Below are positions 28,266 to 35,443 of a DNA stretch of 64,000 bases, one piece after another. Positions within the stretch are counted from its first letter, which is position 1. Each line of letters begins with the position of its first letter. Below the pieces are notes generated by a model. It was not told the DNA's origin, searched no databases, and worked only from the letters and a program-made list of their open reading frames with translations. This DNA comes from a virus. The position numbers were made by a program, and so were the translations under genes. The stretch covers positions 1 to 64,000 of IMG/VR virus record IMGVR_UViG_3300042923_000524. One strand, written 5' to 3'.

Positions 28266-28303
28266 TTTAATCACTTGCAGGTGGTACTAAGGAGGGAAAA
28301 TAT

Positions 28304-28756
28304 GTGAATATAGAGCAAAAATATCAAGAATACATAAAAAATGTAGATTTAAATAATTTGAATTTTATCACGGCAGAAGAATATCAGAAACTACATCATG
28401 ATGAACAATTCTATTTAACTATGAAATGGGCGGTAGAAGAAGAGGATATTAAAAGACAATTAGTTACCAATGGTAAATCAAGAAATGATATTGATAATAA
28501 AGACACATCATTATTTAAATTAATAATTGTTAATAGACCTTTATATAAAGATTCTATATTACTTACATATCCAGATAATATAAAAGAGATATATGATGAT
28601 GCAAAAGAAATATCAGAAAAATTGAATATTACATTTCAAAAAGTAAATAATTATGCTTTTTACAAAAGACAATTAAATGGTATTAAATTTGAAAAGGTAC
28701 GACAAAAATTATTTGGCAATGAATACAAGATAATTAGTCATAATGATAAAAATTAA
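28304..28756 (+). CDS. Hypothetical protein (150 aa)
   Basis: GGAGG RBS, GTG start. Confidence 0.6.
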   Translation: MNIEQKYQEYIKNVDLNNLNFITAEEYQKLHHDEQFYLTMKWAVEEEDIKRQLVTNGKSRNDIDNKDTSLFKLIIVNRPLYKDSILLTYPDNIKEIYDDAKEISEKLNITFQKVNNYAFYKRQLNGIKFEKVRQKLFGNEYKIISHNDKN

Positions 28757-28789
28757 AGAATATAGATTGTACATAGGGAGGTAGATAAT

Positions 28790-28981
28790 ATTAAAGTTAT
28801 CAACGAAGAACAATTTAAGATTAATAACAATGATTTTAAAAAAATTACATATGATACAGGACAACAGATATACAAAGGATTAGATAAAGAATTTAATGCT
28901 TGGATAACTCTAAAATTTAAATCTACAGATGATAATGAAATAGTAAATGAAATTAGAAATATGGCACAATTACTAATGTGA
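28790..28981 (+). CDS. 63-aa ORF with ATT start upstream of the serine recombinase (RDF candidate)
   Basis: GGGAGGT at 28776-82, then ATT AAA GTT...; no ATG/GTG/TTG in frame after the upstream stop until near the end. Confidence 0.5.
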   Translation: MKVINEEQFKINNNDFKKITYDTGQQIYKGLDKEFNAWITLKFKSTDDNEIVNEIRNMAQLLM

Positions 28982-28987
28982 TATTAG

Positions 28988-29022
28988 AACACTATCGTAT
29001 TTATTATGATAGTGTTTACTTT
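28988..29022 (+). terminator. Stem-loop upstream of the serine recombinase
   Basis: AACACTATCGTA-tttat-TATGATAGTGTT then TACTTTT. Confidence 0.55.
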
Positions 29023-29099
29023 TATAAAGAGAAATAATATAATGTAGACATACAGGTAATGAAAGTAACTGCATATACATCCCAAAGGAGGAAATACTA

Positions 29100-30860
29100 A
29101 TGAATAAACTTATTACACAAGATAGTAATATAGAACCCTTACCCCTACGTGCTATTGCTTTATACAGAGTTTCCACTAAATCTCAGGTTGGTGAAGACAA
29201 TGATTTACCAACCCAGAAGAAATTAGTTCAAGACTATATATGGAACAATAAACTCAAACTCATCCAAGAGTTCACTGAAGGTGGTATAAGTGGATTTAAG
29301 AATCTTGCCGAAGATAGAGATGCGATAATATCAATTTTAGCTATGGCAAAAAGAAAAGAGTTTGATGTTCTTTGTATATATCACTCAAACAGACTTGGAA
29401 GATTGGCAGATAATACACCTGCTCTCATAAAACAATTGAGTCAATATAAGGTTAAAGTAATCAGTGTGGTAGAAGGAGAATTAAAAGCAGACACACCGAT
29501 AAATCGATTAATGAATAATATCAGATATTTTGGTAATGAACAAGAGAGTGTTTATAAATCTGAAACAATATCAGATTATCATTTAGCTATGGTTGAAGAA
29601 GGTAGATTTAGAGGTGGCAATATGATTCCATTAGGATATAAGTTAGAAGACAATAATAGTAAAAATTTTAAAGGTAAACATATATTAGATTTTGTAATTA
29701 ATGAAGAATATGTTGAATTAATTAAATTAATATATAATCTTTCTATTAATATGAATTATGGTCAATCAAGAATAGCTAAGTATTTAAATGAAAATGGATA
29801 CAAGACTAAGAATGGAAAAGGTTGGCACTCAACTTCGATAGGTGCAATATTAAATAATCCTATATATAAAGGTCAATTTAAAATGACGAGTAAAGTAAGA
29901 GAAAAAACCGTGTTGTCACCTATAAGAGAAGATTTAATTATTATACCTCCTGAATTATGGGATAGAAACCAAGAAATAATTCAATCAAGAAGATATGTTA
30001 AAGTTATAGATGATGTCAGAGATAGAAGAGAAACTAAAAATATCTATGGTAAAATGCTATTAAATGGTATGGCATATTGTGGTAATTGTGGTATGGCTCT
30101 AACAACTCAAACTGCTTATAAAAATTGGACTACAGCAGATGGAGTTAAACATAAGAGTTCTTATTATAAATATAGATGTAGCTCATTTTATAAAAAAGGC
30201 TCTGTTAAATGTGATGGTCAAAGCACATATGGCATGACGGTAATAGAACCTGTGGCTATTAAATACGCAAAAACAATTATTAAAAAACTTCAACAAAAGG
30301 AATTAAAAGATTCATTTTTTATGCAGTTTGATAAAAATATTGAAGGATATATAAAGCAAAAACAATCACTTAGACAAGAGATAGAAAAACATTATGAGGA
30401 ATTAAAAACCTTAAAACAAGAAGTGGTTAAAGTATTAATGGGTCAAAGTGAATTCGATAAAGTTTTATTAAATGAATTAATTCAACAAAAACAAGATGAA
30501 ATAAGCAGTAAAACTATTTTACTAGATGGTATTGATTTTAAAATAAGCAAAGAAAAAGATGCTAAAAGTAAATATAATGCACTTAACAATGAATTTGTTG
30601 ATTGGGAAGAAAGATTTGATAATGCTCCATTTGAAGTTAAAAGATTAATGCTGTCTAAGGTTATTAAAAGATTTATAGTATATAATAGAAAAGAATTTGA
30701 GATAGAGTACGATATAACCATTGATACTTTTAATGAAAATGCTGAAGTAAAGAGTGTACATGTGGGTAGTAAAGATACAGATGGCGTTAGAACCAATAAT
30801 GTATATCTACAACCCATAAGTATATACAAGGAAACTATTAAAGTTAAACTTGCAAGTTAA
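29100..30860 (+). CDS. Large serine recombinase (phage integrase type)
   Basis: YRVSTKSQ (catalytic Ser), EGGISG, NRLGR, PLGY, Zn ribbon LLNGMAYCGNCG...YRC...C, C-terminal coiled coil. Confidence 0.92.
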   Translation: MNKLITQDSNIEPLPLRAIALYRVSTKSQVGEDNDLPTQKKLVQDYIWNNKLKLIQEFTEGGISGFKNLAEDRDAIISILAMAKRKEFDVLCIYHSNRLGRLADNTPALIKQLSQYKVKVISVVEGELKADTPINRLMNNIRYFGNEQESVYKSETISDYHLAMVEEGRFRGGNMIPLGYKLEDNNSKNFKGKHILDFVINEEYVELIKLIYNLSINMNYGQSRIAKYLNENGYKTKNGKGWHSTSIGAILNNPIYKGQFKMTSKVREKTVLSPIREDLIIIPPELWDRNQEIIQSRRYVKVIDDVRDRRETKNIYGKMLLNGMAYCGNCGMALTTQTAYKNWTTADGVKHKSSYYKYRCSSFYKKGSVKCDGQSTYGMTVIEPVAIKYAKTIIKKLQQKELKDSFFMQFDKNIEGYIKQKQSLRQEIEKHYEELKTLKQEVVKVLMGQSEFDKVLLNELIQQKQDEISSKTILLDGIDFKISKEKDAKSKYNALNNEFVDWEERFDNAPFEVKRLMLSKVIKRFIVYNRKEFEIEYDITIDTFNENAEVKSVHVGSKDTDGVRTNNVYLQPISIYKETIKVKLAS

Positions 30861-30878
30861 TGTAGTTTTTAATATAAT
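30850..30878 (+). promoter_or_regulatory. Sigma-A promoter for the tRNA
   Basis: TTGCAA-17bp-TATAAT ending 9 nt before the tRNA. Confidence 0.75.
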
Positions 30879-30887
30879 AAAATATAA

Positions 30888-30964
30888 GGTCGCATAGCTC
30901 AGTCGGTTAGAGTACTTGCTTGACATGCAAGGGGTCATGCGTTCAAATCGCATTGTGACCACCA
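30888..30964 (+). tRNA. trnV: tRNA-Val (anticodon GAC), CCA encoded
   Basis: Acceptor GGTCGCA/TGTGACC, D arm GCTC/GAGT, anticodon arm CTTGC-TTGACAT-GCAAG, T arm ATGCG-TTCAAAT-CGCAT, 3' ACCA. Confidence 0.95.
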
Positions 30965-30976
30965 AAAAGAAAAATT

Positions 30977-31004
30977 AAGATAGATGTAATAATCTATCTT
31001 TTTT
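30977..31004 (+). terminator. Intrinsic terminator after the tRNA
   Basis: AAGATAGAT-gtaata-ATCTATCTT-TTTT. Confidence 0.75.
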
Positions 31005-31020
31005 ATTAGGAGTGGTAATA

Positions 31021-31323
31021 ATGCAACAAAGACAAAAATCATTATTCTATAAAAAGATTCAATGTCACTGTGGACAATTTTATAAATCTATCAGAGAGAA
31101 ATCTAAAATACGTTATGTGTGTTCGGGGTATGCAAACTATAGAATGTGCGTAAGACAGGTAATAGAGGAAAGTCTATTGCTAGAAATGATGCAAAAGAGA
31201 AATAAAACAATTTCTGAAGTTACAAAAATATTAGTTGACGAGAATGGTAATATAGAAATTTTTTACAATGAGATTGAAAATAAAAATAGCCAAATCATAT
31301 CTGATAAGTTAATTAGATTCTAG
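31021..31323 (+). CDS. Stand-alone recombinase-type zinc-ribbon protein
   Basis: KKIQCHCGQ...RYVCSGY...C...I.E resembles the Zn-ribbon domain of large serine recombinases; AGGAG RBS. Confidence 0.6.
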   Translation: MQQRQKSLFYKKIQCHCGQFYKSIREKSKIRYVCSGYANYRMCVRQVIEESLLLEMMQKRNKTISEVTKILVDENGNIEIFYNEIENKNSQIISDKLIRF

Positions 31324-31416
31324 TATGATTTAGTATGACCTTATGTGATAGAATATCTTAAAATTATGGGATTTAGTATGACTTAAATGAGTAACTTTTT
31401 ATTGTTTTAGTATGAC
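31319..31416. repeat. Four direct TAGTATGA repeats (three as TTTAGTATGAC)
   Basis: Copies at 31321, 31331, 31374, 31408. Confidence 0.8.
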
Positions 31417-31425
31417 AAAAAGAAA

Positions 31426-31473
31426 AAATAAGGATAGTAAAATGCATAATTAAATGCACCACTATCCTTATTT
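31426..31473. terminator. Bidirectional terminator at the convergence of the two transcription arms
   Basis: AAATAAGGATAGT/ACTATCCTTATTT 13-bp stem with inner TGCAT/ATGCA. Confidence 0.7.
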
Positions 31474-31484
31474 ATATTAATTAT

Positions 31485-31874
31485 TTACTCGTTTATAACC
31501 TTAATTTCTAAACCAATTCTAATCAATTGCTGTATAATATCTCGTCTATTATCTGTTAATTCAATATCAGCCTGTTCACACAATTTAAATGCATAATTAC
31601 AAGCTTGAATATAAATATTATGTGTATCATCAAACATACCTACAGCAAAGTTTAAAGAGTCTTGAACAATACTTGAAATCTTCAGTAATTCCTTTTCTTT
31701 AGAAAGATTCATTTCATCAAGAATTTCAATACCTATACCCAAAACAGTACTTACAAATTGCAAATCCTCTTTTGACACATATTTATTCTTACGCAAATAC
31801 GCAATCCCGAACACCATACCTAAAACGGCAACTATTATACCTATGGTATATACTATATTCATATCTATACTCAT
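31485..31874 (-). CDS. Holin-like membrane protein
   Basis: Single N-terminal TM; directly downstream of the endolysin. Confidence 0.5.
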   Translation of the reverse strand: MSIDMNIVYTIGIIVAVLGMVFGIAYLRKNKYVSKEDLQFVSTVLGIGIEILDEMNLSKEKELLKISSIVQDSLNFAVGMFDDTHNIYIQACNYAFKLCEQADIELTDNRRDIIQQLIRIGLEIKVINE

Positions 31875-31922
31875 TTACATTTCCTCCTAATAATTTTATA
31901 TTATTTGTTATTATTATTTTAA

Positions 31923-33464
31923 CTAAACCTGATAAACTAACATAGTACTTCCAATCGGTCTAATTGTTGAACTAGTTGGATTATTCACTAACTTATCGTT
32001 TACAACCATTTGTGAACTATATCCCCCATCATCATTACAACTATTCCAACAATCTAACTCTTTCATTATCTCAGCAGATTGTTTTGCAGTTACACCCTTA
32101 GATGTTCCACTTCTTCCATCCACAACAACTAAAACAAAACTTCCATCTTTCTTTTGTCCAAATAATGTTCTAGGATGCCTTTCAGTTGAGTGACTAAACT
32201 TTTCGCTATTCTCTAAATTAATAACTCCATTCTGAATCAAACTCCATGATGTTCCAATTGCCCAATATGCTTTAGCTTGTAAATTTGATAATAAAACTTT
32301 ATCATATCCGTTTAAATTCTTAATCTCCGTGTGTCCGTCTTTATAATAAATAAAGTCTATAAATGAACTTGAAGGTGGAGAGTAATATAATCCATCATCA
32401 ATAAGCATGCCTAGATGTTCTGGTATTGCCGAAAAATTGAAGAATCCACAATTTATACCTGCAACAACTTTCTTACCTTCCTTTTTCTTATTGTTTATTA
32501 TAGTTTGAACTGTTTCTAATTTACCTCTAACTCCTAAGTCAACATCTACAAATTCATTTTTAGAAGTTGTGTACATATAAACATCTGAATCAAATCTACG
32601 AATCTTTTGATAGCCTTTTATTTCAGTTATAGCAGGTTTTATTGGTTCAGTTGGTTTAATAATAGGTTTTGCTACTTTTAAAGCATTCCAAGTATTTTTA
32701 CCAACAATACCATCTGAGGTAAGTTTATTATCTGTTTGGAATTGCCTTACAATTTTATCAGTACCTACTCCAAAATCTCCATCAACAATAATTGTATATC
32801 CTAAGTCTTTAAGCTTTTGTTGTAATGTCTTTACATCATTGCCTTTAGAACCTTTTTTCAAAGTTGGTAATATCACTTTAGTTTCCTCTTTCTTCTCTTC
32901 GATTGGTTTTACAGTTGCATTTTTTACATAGATATTTATATCTTCAACAAATTTATTCCAACCATTTTTAGCAAGTATCACACGAGGGCAATATTTCCCA
33001 GACCAATCCTGATGCTTGAATATTTTTAAAGTGGGATAAGTTAAAATAAGTGATGCATTTAATTTTTTCGCATTTTCTTCAGCTTTGTCAACATTGGCAT
33101 TTTCACATATCTCTATTGAAATAGTTTTATAATTACCATCACCTTTACCATCACCTGCATTAAAAGTTACTTCATCTAATGGAATAGTTTGGGTTATAGA
33201 GTCTTGGTCTACAAATAAATGAACTGAAACATATTGTTTATCGTCATTTTCTACGTTTTGTATCCACTTAGCATGAACCTCATCCCCTGCCGATGGTGTA
33301 GAATTTCCTGTATTATGATTAGTAATACCAATACATTCTTTCATTTTAATAAGTGTTCTTACATTTGTTTTGCCTTTAGGTTCAACTATTTGAATTTTAA
33401 CTGGAATATCATCAATGAATTTATCTTGAATTATTCCATTTATAATAGTTAGTTTTTTTAACAT
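31923..33464 (-). CDS. Modular endolysin: Amidase_2 + peptidoglycan-binding domain + phosphodiester glycosidase (NAGPA/DUF2233)
   Basis: HNTG..H..VD..IEICE..H..W.GK.CP; LKKGSKGNDV..LQ..DGDFG..T..FQ...DGIVG; GINCGFF, HPRT..G, VVVDGR, DGG.SS. Confidence 0.85.
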   Translation of the reverse strand: MLKKLTIINGIIQDKFIDDIPVKIQIVEPKGKTNVRTLIKMKECIGITNHNTGNSTPSAGDEVHAKWIQNVENDDKQYVSVHLFVDQDSITQTIPLDEVTFNAGDGKGDGNYKTISIEICENANVDKAEENAKKLNASLILTYPTLKIFKHQDWSGKYCPRVILAKNGWNKFVEDINIYVKNATVKPIEEKKEETKVILPTLKKGSKGNDVKTLQQKLKDLGYTIIVDGDFGVGTDKIVRQFQTDNKLTSDGIVGKNTWNALKVAKPIIKPTEPIKPAITEIKGYQKIRRFDSDVYMYTTSKNEFVDVDLGVRGKLETVQTIINNKKKEGKKVVAGINCGFFNFSAIPEHLGMLIDDGLYYSPPSSSFIDFIYYKDGHTEIKNLNGYDKVLLSNLQAKAYWAIGTSWSLIQNGVINLENSEKFSHSTERHPRTLFGQKKDGSFVLVVVDGRSGTSKGVTAKQSAEIMKELDCWNSCNDDGGYSSQMVVNDKLVNNPTSSTIRPIGSTMLVYQV

Positions 33465-33567
33465 AATATAACCTCCTTTACTTTTATTTAAATTAATGCT
33501 ACACTAAATAAAAGCAAGGGATTACTGTAGAGATACGTCCACCATAACTTTTTCTACACCCTTGTTT

Positions 33568-34095
33568 TTATATTTCTTCCTCATTCTTTGTTACCATATT
33601 TTCATTAAACATTTCATCTTTTTTTCTTTCTAACATATTTAATATAGGTCTAACTTTTGTAAATCCTGCTTGTATCATATTTTCAAATACTGAAATCATG
33701 TCAAGTATAATTATCACACTGTATATAAAATTTGAAATTATTACTCCAAATCCTAACTCTGGAATTACAGATGTTTGATGTGCAAAATATAATAATATTG
33801 CATAGAAAAATATCTTCGTAAATAAACCCTGTTTCAACTTCTTACTAGATAAAATACCATCTTTCCATGCTACATAAAAAGTTTTTAATGTAAACTCCTT
33901 ATAATGTTTATGTACTTCGCTATACCAACGAGTTAATATATCTACTATTACCAAAGCAATAATAAAAGTGATAACCCCTTTTGGATATCCTATAGCTGTT
34001 AAGAAAACCGTAAGTACAAAACTAAATATTATTCCACCCTTTTCAAATAAATAATTCCATACTGTTAAAAATTTACTCATAATAATGTCACTCAT
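33568..34095 (-). CDS. Holin (toxin-secretion/phage lysis family)
   Basis: Three TM segments, D..T and SVFEN-type motifs; upstream of the endolysin. Confidence 0.7.
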   Translation of the reverse strand: MSDIIMSKFLTVWNYLFEKGGIIFSFVLTVFLTAIGYPKGVITFIIALVIVDILTRWYSEVHKHYKEFTLKTFYVAWKDGILSSKKLKQGLFTKIFFYAILLYFAHQTSVIPELGFGVIISNFIYSVIIILDMISVFENMIQAGFTKVRPILNMLERKKDEMFNENMVTKNEEEI

Positions 34096-34165
34096 AAAAT
34101 CAACCTACCTTTTTCTGTATATTTATCTATAATTAATACATTTCTGTACACCTTCCTTAAATTCC

Positions 34166-35164
34166 TTATGACACTCGTTTTATAATTTCTTCTATTTTAT
34201 CAGAATCCCAATATGGTATTTCTAATAATTTTATATTATTTGTTTTACAATAATTATATTTAATTTCATCACGCATTTTTGTACCCTCAAATGCCTTTAT
34301 TGCTTCTTCCTCAGAAACACCACGAAAAGTTCGAGGCTTATAATGTTGTTCTCCCTGATATTCAATTAGATACTTTAATTTAGTTTTCTCTTTATCTTCA
34401 AAGATTGCAAAATCAAATCTTAAAGGATAAATATTTCTACAATCACTAAACATATACTGTCTAGTATGTGAAATATCATTATTTATTAAAATTTCTTCGA
34501 TTTTACTTTCTCCTCTTGAAGCAGGAGTACAACTTGGGCATCTGCTACCAGAATTTAAGAAGTTACTTGCTTTCATAGGAAATTGACAATGACAATCTTC
34601 TACATTGTGTTCTAATATCACGGGAATATTGCACATTATATATTCACTTATTAATATATACTCATCTCCTACAGCTTTTTTAAGCTTTCTTTTAAACTCA
34701 TCTTCCCCTCTAGCTTTGCCTTCGCATTTTGGGCAAGTTCCTTTTGATTTAAATATATGAGACGGACTAACTTTCCATTGATAATAATCTCCATCTGGAC
34801 ATTTGTGTTCAATTAAAATTTTTTCATCGGTATTAGTAAAACATTCTAATACATTATAAACATCACCAAACTTTTCATTTAACTTTTTCAAAAACTTTTC
34901 GTGTTTTACTAAATTAATCTTTTTAATCTTTTTGGGTAGTTTTTCATAAACTGTTCTACGCTTATACATAAATTCATTAGCATAACAAATTGGACATCTA
35001 TATCCATCCACAAATAATTCAGGGGTTATATAAAACTCATGATGTTTACAATTATCGTGTTCGTGTCTAAACAATATCTCTTCAGAATATCCATTATATT
35101 TCCAAAATATATACTTATCTTCTTTGATTTCTTTTATAAAATTAGTAAATTCTTTATTATCCAC
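34166..35164 (-). CDS. Zn-ribbon repeat + Vsr/DUF2726-like endonuclease (free-standing HEG)
   Basis: Repeated H..C.H...P..F..G.RCP.C units; SRGE..I, LRFDFAI, LIEYQGEQH, K..YC..NNI.L..IPYW. Confidence 0.75.
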   Translation of the reverse strand: MDNKEFTNFIKEIKEDKYIFWKYNGYSEEILFRHEHDNCKHHEFYITPELFVDGYRCPICYANEFMYKRRTVYEKLPKKIKKINLVKHEKFLKKLNEKFGDVYNVLECFTNTDEKILIEHKCPDGDYYQWKVSPSHIFKSKGTCPKCEGKARGEDEFKRKLKKAVGDEYILISEYIMCNIPVILEHNVEDCHCQFPMKASNFLNSGSRCPSCTPASRGESKIEEILINNDISHTRQYMFSDCRNIYPLRFDFAIFEDKEKTKLKYLIEYQGEQHYKPRTFRGVSEEEAIKAFEGTKMRDEIKYNYCKTNNIKLLEIPYWDSDKIEEIIKRVS

Positions 35165-35208
35165 AATATTACTTCCTTTCACTTTAAAACTTTTTACTAT
35201 AAATAATA

Positions 35209-35239
35209 AAAGAGACTAGGCACTAGGCTTAGTCTCTTT
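35209..35239. terminator. Stem-loop terminator
   Basis: AAAGAGACTAGG-cactagg-CTTAGTCTCTTT. Confidence 0.6.
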
Positions 35240-35395
35240 CCATTCAATTATTGCTTTTTTAAAATCTTCATCCTCTATAAATATATAGAATTGCATTTTT
35301 GTTTGAGGATGAAGTCCTATAATTTTATATCTTATTCCTTTGATATTTACTAACCAATTCATAAGATTTTTACTATAGCATGGGAATAATTCCAT
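35216..35395 (-). CDS. 59-aa DUF5659-like protein (not in ORF track)
   Basis: MELFPCYSKNLMNWL..KGIRY...HPQT.MQFYIF...W; AAAGG RBS. Confidence 0.6.
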   Translation of the reverse strand: MELFPCYSKNLMNWLVNIKGIRYKIIGLHPQTKMQFYIFIEDEDFKKAIIEWKETKPSA

Positions 35396-35410
35396 ATATT
35401 TTCACTAACC

Positions 35411-35438
35411 TTTCGTTCAATTTATGATTTTGTTGAAA
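35411..35438 (-). repeat. Outlying copy of the 11-6-11 site
   Basis: Minus strand TTTCAACAAAA-TCATAA-ATTGAACGAAA, then RBS; 5 nt after the tail-spike stop codon. Confidence 0.6.
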
Positions 35439-35443
35439 TACAA

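Noticed and set aside
28988-29016. Inverted repeat as serine-integrase attP
   Set aside because: Odd-numbered centre (5-nt loop), G-U-compatible stem and trailing T tract fit an RNA terminator better than a 2-bp-centred att site.
31321-31414. TAGTATG read as minus-strand sigG -10 boxes (CATACTA)
   Set aside because: No correctly spaced GHATA -35 element for any copy.
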